Made by a program: the position numbers and the translations under genes. A stretch of 64,000 nt of DNA from Polyangia bacterium. Its GTDB lineage: Bacteria > Myxococcota_A > Polyangia > HGW-17. The stretch covers positions 5,318-69,317 of the forward strand of contig JAWLEA010000002.1 of assembly GCA_041686345.1 (NCBI GenBank). The letters run 5' to 3'. Below are positions 1 to 9,564 of the stretch, piece after piece; the first letter of the stretch is position 1, and each line of letters opens with the position of its first letter. The notes below the pieces were generated by a model that was not told the origin of the DNA, made no database searches, and worked only from the letters and a program-made list of their open reading frames with translations.

Positions 1-138
1 GCAAAACACCCAAAGTTCATAATGATTATTAGCAAAAGTACTTTTATAAAACAACAGGAAAATAGATATTCAGTCAACCTGTATTCAGTTCACTGATTTT
101 ATTGAATTCTAAAATGTATATTTTGATTTTGCGAAAAA

Positions 139-1218
139 TCATTCTCCGGTATTTTGAGAATCCTCTTTGGCTTTTTCCTGTTGGGCTTTATCGAGAATCC
201 TTTCTAGTTGCTGCTTTTTTATTTCCCTTTCTTCAGCCAGATTACGATCCACCAGTTCTTCTGTTTCTTTGTCGTAAATGTTCATTCCATCGACTATGTC
301 TTCAACATTCTGGGTAAGATAACGGGAAGTTTCCGAGGCTATGGTGGCCACCTGACTCATGCTTTTTTTCAAGGACTCCATGGATTGGGTGACATTGAGT
401 GACAACTCTCCCGCTTCGGAAAGGGTAGCCAAAGAACTGACATGCTGACGCAATTCATCAAGCACTGTCTGGGCGGCTTCATAGATAATGGTCATATTTG
501 AGTGAAGATTGTGGGAAATTTCGAGAAAATTTCCATTCATCTTGATAACAGATTCAAGCCTATCCTGAGCATTGTCAAATAATCTCATTTTTTGACCATT
601 ATCCCAGATCAGGCGATCAACTTCTGCCTGAGCCAATTCCAATGCCCGATACTCTTCACTGTTTTTATCTTCTAATTTATCGAGTTCAGTTTGAATCTCC
701 TCCATTGACTCCTTCAAACCCAAAACAATTTCCACCTGAGCTTTTTTATTTTGAGCCGCTTCTAATTGTTTCTGATGGAGAACTTCCAGATCATCTCTCA
801 AATTATCCATTGTTTCTTCCACTCTTTCAAGATAGGAGGCTGTCTGTCTGACTCTGATGTCAGCTATTTCAACTTTGGTTTCAAGCAATTCTTTGAGAGA
901 ACGTCTACGAAAAGGTTTGCCAACAAGTGGTATTCTGGCCAAAAAACCTTTAAACCCCCTGGACATGGATCCCTGTTCTCCCGAAGCCATTGTTTTAAAT
1001 TCATCCATGAGAGAACGCTGGTCCTCAATTTCTTTGTTCATTTCCTGGGAAAGCTTGTCATGCTCTTCTTTTAAAACTTTGAGATCTTTTACATGGTTCT
1101 GATGATTCTGACGATATTTGGAAACCATGGCTCCAACAGAATCACGAGAATACTTACTACCATCATATTCAACCTGTTTTTGCTTGATTTTATCTACCTT
1201 ATCAAGAATATCTGACAT
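139..1218 (-). CDS. Coiled-coil protein, possibly TelA/KlaA toxic-anion-resistance family
   Basis: 359-aa complete ORF that is heptad-rich throughout. Its length and overall pattern resemble TelA-family proteins, but I could not verify a family signature by eye. Confidence 0.45.
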   Translation of the reverse strand: MSDILDKVDKIKQKQVEYDGSKYSRDSVGAMVSKYRQNHQNHVKDLKVLKEEHDKLSQEMNKEIEDQRSLMDEFKTMASGEQGSMSRGFKGFLARIPLVGKPFRRRSLKELLETKVEIADIRVRQTASYLERVEETMDNLRDDLEVLHQKQLEAAQNKKAQVEIVLGLKESMEEIQTELDKLEDKNSEEYRALELAQAEVDRLIWDNGQKMRLFDNAQDRLESVIKMNGNFLEISHNLHSNMTIIYEAAQTVLDELRQHVSSLATLSEAGELSLNVTQSMESLKKSMSQVATIASETSRYLTQNVEDIVDGMNIYDKETEELVDRNLAEEREIKKQQLERILDKAQQEKAKEDSQNTGE

Positions 1219-1312
1219 TTAACGCTCCTCCCGACAGCATAGCCGAATCTGTTGCCATCACCGCAATTTAAATTATTGATTCCTGTCTAAAAATGGCGGT
1301 ATTTGCAACTTT

Positions 1313-1482
1313 AAATAATTCACATCCCAAACAGGAAGGTTGCAGGCTGGCGACGGAATTTGAATTAATCTGCTTTGTTTTAACTTCTTGAAATAGTATC
1401 AACTATGTCTTCGAAGTTATTCCGCGTATCTCAATCCAATTTCTTCACCAGTCAAAAACACCACTTCTGGGATGGCAACTAA
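1313..1482 (-). repeat. MITE-like 170-bp inverted-repeat element, copy A (left end degenerate)
   Basis: The internal block GACGGAATTTGAATTAATCTGCTTTG...CGAAGTTATTCCGCG...CCACTTCTGGGATGGCAACTAA matches copies at 14594, 19442, 36066, 38826 and 52572. It lies in the divergent intergenic region between the TelA-like gene and the histidine kinase. Orientation is given relative to copy F. Confidence 0.8.
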
Positions 1483-1620
1483 ATAATAAAAATAATGATT
1501 TTTTTAAAAAAATATAATATTGTCGATATAATAATACAGTGGCTAAAATTTTTATCAGCCAAATTTTTGTTTCCTTTATTTTGTTTAATAACATATTTAC
1601 CCTTTTGAAGCATTATAAAA

Positions 1621-3102
1621 ATGGAGAATCTCCTTAAAATTTCAGACATATTTCAGATGATGCTCAACATTTCCCAAATCAAGAGCATTGATGAAGCCAT
1701 TGAAACTTTTGTCAATACTCTCAATGAACAATTGGATTCAGTAACAATCGAACGTTATTACGGTCAGGAAACTGAAAAAAGTTTCAAAATCACAACTGAT
1801 AATTTTTATTTTGGGCAATTAATAATCAACGGCTCCATGGAAAAAATCCCGGCTGAAACCATAATCCTGATCCTGAAATCGATCAAACTCCTCTCTATCT
1901 TTCTGGAAAACATCAAAAAAGAAGAATTTCTGTTTAAAAAACAGGAAGAATTGCAAAAATCAGCCAAAAACAAATCGAGATTGATGCACCAGTTCGAAGA
2001 TTACTATTTTGATCTTGCCGCAATTATCAATGAGGGCCTTATAGTTGTGGACGACAACTTCAAAGTAGAATTATGGAATTCAAAATGTGAAAAATTTACC
2101 GGCATCAATTCCAATCAAGCCAAGGGGGAAAAATTATGGACTTTATTAAGCGTAATTGAAAAAGAAACCATGATTCCCTTTTTTATGGAAATCAAAGAAT
2201 CCCAAAAAACCAAAATATTCAATCAAAAGCTGGTATTGAACAAAATTGATTATATTTTTCAATTAACCATTGCCTACAAACAAAATAATTATTTTATTCT
2301 GATCAAAGATATTACCGAAGAAGAAAAGCAAAAAGCAAACAAGAAAAAGTTAAAAAAGCAGATCAATTCCCTCAAAAGAATTGAAAGTCTCAATATGATG
2401 GCTGGAGGAATAGCACATGATTTCAATAATATGCTTACTGTTATTCTGGGTCATCTGGGTTTTCTCGCGGAATGTAAAAACCAAAATCCAAAAACCAGGG
2501 AAAGCTTGGAAGCAATTGATGCAACCACCAAAAAAATGTCCAATATCGTGCAGAGTATCCTTGCTTATTCGGGCAATCTCCATCTCATCAATGATTCCTT
2601 TTCCCTGTTTGAATTGACTCAAAATATTATCAACCAGATTAAACCAAGACTTGGCAACCACATAGAACTTTTCCTCAAAAACGGGCTCAAAAATTCCATA
2701 GTTCAAGCTGATGAAACCCAAATCCGCAAAGTCATTCTCCATCTTCTGGCTAATTCCATTGAAGCCCTTGAAAACAATTCCCAAGGCAAAATTACCATCA
2801 ACATCGGTCTTGATTTTTTCAGCAGCGAAGTTTTAAAAGATTCAGCCGTACCCAATGTAAAACCAGGTGAATACTACTATCTGGAAATTCAAGACAACGG
2901 TCATGGAATCCAGAAAGAAATCAAAGGAAAAGTATTTGATCCATTTTTTACTACCAAATTTCAAGGTAGAGGTCTGGGACTTTCCTCCACCTTCGGTATC
3001 ATTAAAAGTCACCATGGAACCATTTTTCTCAAATCCAAACAGGAACAATTCACCACCGTAAAAATTCTTCTCCCGCCTCTTGATAAACATAATCTTTTTT
3101 AA
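1621..3102 (+). CDS. Sensor histidine kinase, cytoplasmic, PAS-containing
   Basis: H-box AGGIAHDFNNMLTVILG. HATPase_c N and G boxes: LLANSIEALEN, DNGHGI, GRGLGLS. No TM segments and no receiver domain. Confidence 0.85.
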   Translation: MENLLKISDIFQMMLNISQIKSIDEAIETFVNTLNEQLDSVTIERYYGQETEKSFKITTDNFYFGQLIINGSMEKIPAETIILILKSIKLLSIFLENIKKEEFLFKKQEELQKSAKNKSRLMHQFEDYYFDLAAIINEGLIVVDDNFKVELWNSKCEKFTGINSNQAKGEKLWTLLSVIEKETMIPFFMEIKESQKTKIFNQKLVLNKIDYIFQLTIAYKQNNYFILIKDITEEEKQKANKKKLKKQINSLKRIESLNMMAGGIAHDFNNMLTVILGHLGFLAECKNQNPKTRESLEAIDATTKKMSNIVQSILAYSGNLHLINDSFSLFELTQNIINQIKPRLGNHIELFLKNGLKNSIVQADETQIRKVILHLLANSIEALENNSQGKITINIGLDFFSSEVLKDSAVPNVKPGEYYYLEIQDNGHGIQKEIKGKVFDPFFTTKFQGRGLGLSSTFGIIKSHHGTIFLKSKQEQFTTVKILLPPLDKHNLF

Positions 3103-3240
3103 ATTTTATTTACAAATTAAAGTTCATCTCTCAAAAATTAACAGAAAAAAAGAATAATTTCGCGTGAAAATCTGGAATAAAGGGAAAGAGAATTAGCAGG
3201 AAGGAAGGAATAAGAAGGAAAAAATAAAGGAATAAACGGG

Positions 3241-3636
3241 TTATTTGGTATATTTGATTTTTACCCTTCTAATATCACTTCTACCTTTAAGCTTGAGATA
3301 TTTTTTCATCCTGGCGAAGATTTTATTGCCTATTCCTTTGATTCTTTTGATTTGATGAATTTTGGAAAACTTCTTCTTTTGACGGTATTTTGCAATTGCA
3401 GCAGCTTTTTTTCTGCCAATTCCGGGAATTATTACCATCTTCTTGGTAGATGCATTATTGATATTGAGTTTTCCCGAAATTTTCCATCTGTACTTTCTCG
3501 ATTTTCTTTTGGCTTTTACAGTTGAGAAGTGAAAACCTCCAACCAAAACAGAAAATAAGACAACCAACGAACAAAAAATACGCATTTTCATAATGTACTC
3601 CTTTAATTTAACTATGGTCTGAACTGAATGTGACAA
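3241..3636 (-). CDS. comEA: ComEA-family helix-hairpin-helix DNA-binding protein
   Basis: N-terminal signal/TM segment. Tandem HhH region NINNASTKKMVIIPGIGRKKAAAIAKYR...IKRIKGIGNKIFARMKKYL matches the ComEA consensus. Confidence 0.75.
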   Translation of the reverse strand: MSHSVQTIVKLKEYIMKMRIFCSLVVLFSVLVGGFHFSTVKAKRKSRKYRWKISGKLNINNASTKKMVIIPGIGRKKAAAIAKYRQKKKFSKIHQIKRIKGIGNKIFARMKKYLKLKGRSDIRRVKIKYTK

Positions 3637-3674
3637 TATTGTCCTTCAATTAACCAGAGTTTTAAATATGAATT

Positions 3675-3701
3675 GCCGCCCTCATTGGCGGTACTTTTTT
3701 T
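3675..3701 (+). terminator. Orphan intrinsic-terminator-like hairpin plus T-run
   Basis: GCCGCCctcattGGCGGT followed by ACTTTTTTT. No plus-strand gene lies upstream; it sits in the comEA/lamB divergent region. Confidence 0.3.
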
Positions 3702-4005
3702 AAAAGCACAACCTGTGCCAAAGTATAATTGACAATAATAACAGTATATTAAGCAGTTAACTCTGGAATAACCACTCCATTTGTCGTCCCCTTGCGGACA
3801 TAGTGTCCAAAACAGGTTACGTTTATAGTAAAAGTTTTCATTTGACCCTGTTCAACAGATAAATTATCCTCTGAAAATAATGATTTTTTCCCCGGTACTC
3901 GTACCAATATTATTCAGTTGAGCCATTTACATACATGGAAACTAACTAGTCTTCTTTCACTGAAGTCCAGGCGACCCTGTTTCCAACAGGAATAAAGAGG
4001 TTATA

Positions 4006-5694
4006 ATGAACACTTTCTTTACTGTTTTCTCATTATTTTTTTTATTGCAAAATACTGATATTAATTCCAATGACAATTCCCAAGAATCCGTCAATAATAT
4101 TGCTTCCGATCAGCCAGAAGAATCATCAGACACAAGTGATGCCACCTCCACTGGATTTGAAAACCAACCTGCTGTTTCTTCACCTGTTTCTAAGACCATA
4201 AAAAAAAACCAGCCTGTCTCCATTACCAATGACAGCACAACTTCAAATACCAATGACAGCACAACTTCAAATACCAAAAAGGTGACACCTGAAACTTCTG
4301 AAATTCCATCCCCCGTTAAAAATAAAACCAAAGAAAAACCCATTGAAAAATCTGACAAAGAAAAAAAGTCTCTTTTTTCCAATTTTGGTTTTGGAAGTTA
4401 TGGAAGGGTAAATTTCGGCTCCAATTTTGACGGAGAACCAATTTATCCTGTTAATATCACTGCCCATGGACCCCGCCTCGAAGAATCTACTTATCTGGAG
4501 TTGGATCTTTACTATCTTTACAACCCGGTTAAAAGCATCAAAACAAAAACTGTTACCACCCTGGCTTTGAAAAACTCGCTTTTTCACTATGATGCCCAAT
4601 GGGACGCAAGTATTGCGGTAAGAAATCTCTATCTCCAGGTACAACAGGAAAATTTTCCCCATCTTTCCCTGTGGGCCGGTTCCAGAATGTACAGAGGTGA
4701 CGACATCTATCTCCTTGATTATTGGCCTCTTGATAACCTGAACACCCTGGGAGCGGGAATCTGGTATGACAAAAAACCACTGAGGGGTGGTTTGCATATA
4801 GGTACCAACCGGGTTCTTGGTCAATACCAATATCAGGAAATGCAGGTTTCTGATCCTTTTATTGGAGCCCGCACCATTACAACCATGAACCGACAACGCA
4901 CCATTGCCAGTCTTAAATTTGAATATTGGAAAAAAATCAAAAATTCCGTTGGTTTCAAAATTAAGGGCTACACTGAATTTCACACACTGCCATCAGGAAC
5001 CTACAATGCCCTCGAAAGCGAGGAAGAACAAATAAATTTTCCTAATGAACAGGGGTATGTGGCCGGAGCTCAAATCGGTATCTGGGATTTCCATCCCCAT
5101 TCTTTTCTTAATATTTTTGCCAGATACGGCCGGGGACTTGGCGCCTATGGCGAATTTTCCCAACCTCTGGGACTGGGCTGGAGTCAGGATTATGATTCCA
5201 ATTACAGTGTAGAGGGAGCTCAAGATCTGGTGCTGGCATTCAGTGCCAACTTTGTCATTCCCAAGCGCTTCGGCTTGATGGCCGGTGGTTATTACCGCTA
5301 TTTCAAAGATGCCGATGACAGCAATTATGATTGGGACGATGGAACGGAAATGGTTTTTTCAGTGCGTCCTCATTTATGGATACCTGAACTCACAGGTAAC
5401 AATTTTGCCCTGGCAGGAGAAATATCCTGGCAGAATTCATCACGCAACGGTCTTTATCCTGATACTCAAACCCCACTTTCTCCTTCTGTCTGGAAATTTT
5501 CATTAATTCCAACCTGGATTTCAGGTTTGAATACATATTCCAGGCCTGCAATCAGACTGGTTTACACTGTGGCAATGCCCAACGAAGATACCAGAAAACT
5601 GTATCATGAAAACGACTGGCGCGTAACTCGCAAAGTGGAGCACTTTATTGGAATACAAGCTGAATGGTGGTTCAATTCCTCCACTTATCAATAA
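4006..5694 (+). CDS. lamB: Maltoporin (LamB-family carbohydrate-selective porin) with S/T-rich N-terminal extension
   Basis: Signal peptide. C-terminal SRPAIRLVYTV...IGIQAEWWF matches E. coli LamB SRPAIRVFATY...FGAQMEIWW. WAGSRMYRGDDIYLLDYW aligns with LamB [20 protein letters not shown]. It is adjacent to a GH13 amylase. Confidence 0.8.
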   Translation: MNTFFTVFSLFFLLQNTDINSNDNSQESVNNIASDQPEESSDTSDATSTGFENQPAVSSPVSKTIKKNQPVSITNDSTTSNTNDSTTSNTKKVTPETSEIPSPVKNKTKEKPIEKSDKEKKSLFSNFGFGSYGRVNFGSNFDGEPIYPVNITAHGPRLEESTYLELDLYYLYNPVKSIKTKTVTTLALKNSLFHYDAQWDASIAVRNLYLQVQQENFPHLSLWAGSRMYRGDDIYLLDYWPLDNLNTLGAGIWYDKKPLRGGLHIGTNRVLGQYQYQEMQVSDPFIGARTITTMNRQRTIASLKFEYWKKIKNSVGFKIKGYTEFHTLPSGTYNALESEEEQINFPNEQGYVAGAQIGIWDFHPHSFLNIFARYGRGLGAYGEFSQPLGLGWSQDYDSNYSVEGAQDLVLAFSANFVIPKRFGLMAGGYYRYFKDADDSNYDWDDGTEMVFSVRPHLWIPELTGNNFALAGEISWQNSSRNGLYPDTQTPLSPSVWKFSLIPTWISGLNTYSRPAIRLVYTVAMPNEDTRKLYHENDWRVTRKVEHFIGIQAEWWFNSSTYQ

Positions 5695-5745
5695 AAAGTT
5701 GATACAAATTTTCAAAACCGCTCCTTTCAAGCCAAGAGGATCAAA

Positions 5746-7716
5746 ATGAAATATTTACTTTTATATCTGCTGTTGATTTTATTTTCCTTCTCCTGTTCCA
5801 GCCATGACTCTGAATCCATACTTCAGGATTCTTTCATAACTAAAGTTGAAATTGGCGACTGGAGGGATGAAATAATTTACCAGGTGCTGGTAGATCGATT
5901 TCACGACGGAGACAAGAACAACAATTTCAACGTCGATACTTCTGCCATGGCTCGCTATCACGGCGGAGACTGGCAAGGGCTGATTGACAAGATGGACTAT
6001 CTTCAAACCCTCGGAGTAACCACCATCTGGATCAGTCCAGTGGTCAAAAATGTCGAAGAAGATGCAGGGTTCGCCAGTTATCATGGCTACTGGACCCAGG
6101 ATTTTCTGGAAACAAATCCTCACTTCGGTTCTCTGACAGATCTGCGAAAAATGGTCGATGCAGCTCATAAACGAGATATAAAAGTTATTCTCGATGTTGT
6201 CACCAACCATGTGGGACAACTTTTTTATTATGATATCAATGGCAACGGTCAACCTGATGATACCTTGATGGGGCAAGGAGAAACTTCTCCTCTTACCAGG
6301 ATCACCGAATGGGATCCTGATTATGATCCCAGAGGTATTCAGGGTTGGACTTCTTTGGGGGAATCTGGAGATGCACCTATCAGATGGGTTAAAATGCCGG
6401 AAATCAACCGTATGCCACCCAATCCAGCCAGCTTTCACAATGATTCCTGGTTTCACCGCCGGGGCAGAGTAACCGTCTGGGGCAGAGAACAACAAGCCTG
6501 TGACGATTTGGGACTGGCCGGGAGTCCCTCCGAACGATACAGCGAATGTTACGAATATATCAGAGAACAGGAAATCTACGGTGATTTTCCCGGAGGACTA
6601 AAAGATATAGCCACTGAACGTGAAGATGTTCAGGAAGCCCTGATTGAGGTTTTCAAATACTGGGTCAAAGTTGGAGATTTTGACGGCTTTCGCATCGATA
6701 CAGTCAAACACATAGATTATGATTTCTGGAGAAATTTTAATCGCTCCATCCGTGATTATGCAGTTAACAAATTAGGCAAGAAAAACTTCTATATTTTCGG
6801 CGAAGCCTTTACAGGCATAGATTGGCTGATTGCAAGCTACACCGGCGACGATATGTTCGACGGGCTTTTCTACTTTTCTCAAAAGTTTCAGGTTTTTGAC
6901 GCTGTTTTCAAAAACGGCCAACCTACAATCGGCGTTGAAAACATCCTCAATGACAGACTTAACGGAGCCGACGGCCAACCCCCTTATTCAGCTACCGGCA
7001 ATGAATTTGGTCCTGAAGACGACAACGGGAATCTGATTTCTCCCCGCAGCCTGCTGGTAAATTTCATGGATAATCACGATGTTCCCAGATTTCTTTTTGA
7101 TAAAAACAGCTTGGAAGCCCTGCATTCAGCTCTGGTTTTTCTGCTCACCTGGGATGGAATTCCCTGTATCTATTACGGGACTGAACAACAGTTTTCCGGG
7201 GGCAATGATCCCATGAACCGTGAAAATATGTGGAAAGAATACAATATGCCGATTAATCCGGAAAGTAACAGACGCTATCAAACTTTTAACACCGACAATC
7301 CCACCTTCAAAACTATCCAGACTCTGATTACCATTCGCAAAGAATATCCTCCTTTGAGACGGGGAGGAGTTTCCATAAAATGGGTTTCAAGTGTCAACGC
7401 CAATAACAATGAGCAGGACGGGTCAGGATTTCCACTTCATCCCGATCGTGGAATTCTTGCTTTTGAACGTTCCTACAACAGTGACAGGGTATTGGTAGTT
7501 ATCAACACCAGTGATACCCTCACCTCCTATACTCATTCCTATTCCAATGATCCCATGCCTACAAGCTTTTCCCAAGGAACCACTCTGAAAAATATCTATT
7601 GTCAGGATCGCGTATGCGAAGGAGATGAAGGTGGCACTTACACCACCGGAGTTAATGGAAGTCTCGATCTCACCCTTAAACCCCGCCAAGCTTTGATTCT
7701 GGTACAGAATAATTAA
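5746..7716 (+). CDS. Alpha-amylase family GH13 lipoprotein
   Basis: Lipobox LILFSFSCSS. GH13 conserved regions: DVVTNH, GFRIDTVKH (nucleophile Asp), FGEAF (acid/base Glu), FMDNHD. Confidence 0.9.
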   Translation: MKYLLLYLLLILFSFSCSSHDSESILQDSFITKVEIGDWRDEIIYQVLVDRFHDGDKNNNFNVDTSAMARYHGGDWQGLIDKMDYLQTLGVTTIWISPVVKNVEEDAGFASYHGYWTQDFLETNPHFGSLTDLRKMVDAAHKRDIKVILDVVTNHVGQLFYYDINGNGQPDDTLMGQGETSPLTRITEWDPDYDPRGIQGWTSLGESGDAPIRWVKMPEINRMPPNPASFHNDSWFHRRGRVTVWGREQQACDDLGLAGSPSERYSECYEYIREQEIYGDFPGGLKDIATEREDVQEALIEVFKYWVKVGDFDGFRIDTVKHIDYDFWRNFNRSIRDYAVNKLGKKNFYIFGEAFTGIDWLIASYTGDDMFDGLFYFSQKFQVFDAVFKNGQPTIGVENILNDRLNGADGQPPYSATGNEFGPEDDNGNLISPRSLLVNFMDNHDVPRFLFDKNSLEALHSALVFLLTWDGIPCIYYGTEQQFSGGNDPMNRENMWKEYNMPINPESNRRYQTFNTDNPTFKTIQTLITIRKEYPPLRRGGVSIKWVSSVNANNNEQDGSGFPLHPDRGILAFERSYNSDRVLVVINTSDTLTSYTHSYSNDPMPTSFSQGTTLKNIYCQDRVCEGDEGGTYTTGVNGSLDLTLKPRQALILVQNN

Positions 7717-7718
7717 TT

Positions 7719-9506
7719 ATGATAAATTTACCAAATTATTTCAACTGTCAAGCCAAATTATTTCTGTTTTTTCTTACTTTTTCCTTGCTTGGTTGCTCCA
7801 AGCAGAAAACATCAAATAAATCTCCCAGCAAAGAAGGATATATTAAAACCATCAAAAGATGTAATTCCGAAATTGTTCAGCACTATGTTCCTCTATTGGA
7901 TCAACATCTTAAAAAAACAGCCTTGATGCTGCAAAAAAGCAAAAAAGGGAAAATGGAAACAATCACCGGAAAAAACAAAAAAACTCTGGCCAGAAGACTT
8001 GTAAATGAAGTACTGAAAACCTTCAGAAGATCAAAAAGAAATAAACATCTTAAACGTCTGATGGCAACCCAATATCGACCATTGCGAAAATGTTACAAAT
8101 TGAGCAATTGTAAAAAATTTGCCAAATGCCTCACCGAAGTCACCAAACTTTCAAATTTTAATCAGATCAGAACCAGTGATATCATCAAGATTCGTCCTGA
8201 AAAACCCAAAAAAACCGACTCTGGATCTCTTCCCGGAAAACATAAATCTCCTTTAATTTCTATAACCTTAAAAAATTTCGATTTGGCAGTTTATAATCAG
8301 GAATTGGATTTGCGTAATGTTCTCAAAGCCTCCTCCCCTCATCTTTTGCTTGTAAAAAACAAAACTATTTCAATATTGGAGAAACAAAACTCCACCAAAA
8401 TAAAAACAATCAAAACTGTTGATTTATCTTCATATGGTGGAGAAATTGAACTGTTGAAAGGCCAAAATGGGGAAATAATCATCAAAACCAAACATGCTCT
8501 CCTGCTTCTTGATCGACGATTTCGCACCCTTCCAGTCTGGAAACCAAAAAAAGGAGAAATAATCGGTTCGGCTTATCTTCATAACAACCATCTCCTTCTT
8601 GGAACCGGAAGGGATTTTGTTGTTTTAAACAGCAAATTCCGCAAAATTGCCAGACTTGATTTAAAAATCCACAAGAGAGGCAAAGAAGTTCATGATATCA
8701 TGGTTCATAAAAACCAGGCTCTGCTTCTGGACAACCGCCGTGTCCCTGTATTAATTTTCAGAGTTGATATTTCCAAACCTGCTCAACCAAAAATCATCGA
8801 AAGAATAAATGAAGATGGGATTTATGCCCACCTGATTCATCAATGGGTGGATGTTCCCAAAAAACGTTGGGGTATTTTCATGAATACCCATGGACGCTGT
8901 GGCACAACCCAGCATCTTCTGCTGTTGAAACTCCAACTAAATGATAAACAAACTGCCACAAATACAATTCAATCAAAGTTTAAAACAAATAGATATTTTC
9001 CTTCAAATACGGGCAGCAAAAATTCGCATCTTCTTGCCAAAACTAAATTCTATCAATATCTTGCCAAACATTGTTCCCAACTTTCTCCTGTCAATAAAAA
9101 GGGAAAGAAAAACAAACTCTCCACCAGTAAAGACAAGTTTGGGAATTCTATTTCAGGTTATAAATTTCTCAGCGGTTCTCAATTATTTCCCTTTTGGAGT
9201 TTATTCAAACAAAAGGATTTTTTCTATTTGGGCAAACTGAAAATCACAGGAAAAATAGCCAAAGCTTATGATCTGAAAAAACTTAATCTGAAAAAATGCA
9301 CCGGCTGGTTTTCAAAAAGAGGCGAAAAAAAGAAATGCAGCAGTTATTCCTATCCCAGCAAGGCAGCATTTGCGGCAAACAAAAACAACCTGATTGTATT
9401 TGCTGAAAAAAATATATACTGGTACAGAGCGAATAATCCTCCCAAATTAATAAATAAACTGAAAACTGATATCTACAACCCGGATTCGATTATTTTTTAC
9501 CCCTGA
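7719..9506 (+). CDS. Hypothetical lysine-rich lipoprotein
   Basis: Lipobox LLGCSK. 595 aa with no recognisable domain. Immediately downstream of the amylase with a 2-bp gap. Confidence 0.6.
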   Translation: MINLPNYFNCQAKLFLFFLTFSLLGCSKQKTSNKSPSKEGYIKTIKRCNSEIVQHYVPLLDQHLKKTALMLQKSKKGKMETITGKNKKTLARRLVNEVLKTFRRSKRNKHLKRLMATQYRPLRKCYKLSNCKKFAKCLTEVTKLSNFNQIRTSDIIKIRPEKPKKTDSGSLPGKHKSPLISITLKNFDLAVYNQELDLRNVLKASSPHLLLVKNKTISILEKQNSTKIKTIKTVDLSSYGGEIELLKGQNGEIIIKTKHALLLLDRRFRTLPVWKPKKGEIIGSAYLHNNHLLLGTGRDFVVLNSKFRKIARLDLKIHKRGKEVHDIMVHKNQALLLDNRRVPVLIFRVDISKPAQPKIIERINEDGIYAHLIHQWVDVPKKRWGIFMNTHGRCGTTQHLLLLKLQLNDKQTATNTIQSKFKTNRYFPSNTGSKNSHLLAKTKFYQYLAKHCSQLSPVNKKGKKNKLSTSKDKFGNSISGYKFLSGSQLFPFWSLFKQKDFFYLGKLKITGKIAKAYDLKKLNLKKCTGWFSKRGEKKKCSSYSYPSKAAFAANKNNLIVFAEKNIYWYRANNPPKLINKLKTDIYNPDSIIFYP

Positions 9507-9564
9507 GATTGCAATTGTAATTATTGTTGACACAACAAGCAAGTCGGCAAAAAAGCAGGGGAAT

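Noticed and set aside
3103-3240. Purine-rich tract AGGAAGGAAGGAATAAGAAGGAAAAAATAAAGGAATAAACGGG as a regulatory repeat
   Set aside because: It lies in a convergent terminator gap (histidine kinase stop / comEA stop) and has no clear periodicity or partner motif. It is most likely compositional.
4110-4983. Minus-strand ORFs (90 and 238 aa) inside lamB, and similar antisense ORFs inside glpK, ntpA, ntpB, rnfB/C and the histidine kinases
   Set aside because: They are antisense to strongly supported conserved genes and have low-complexity translations. They are typical shadow ORFs in AT-rich DNA.
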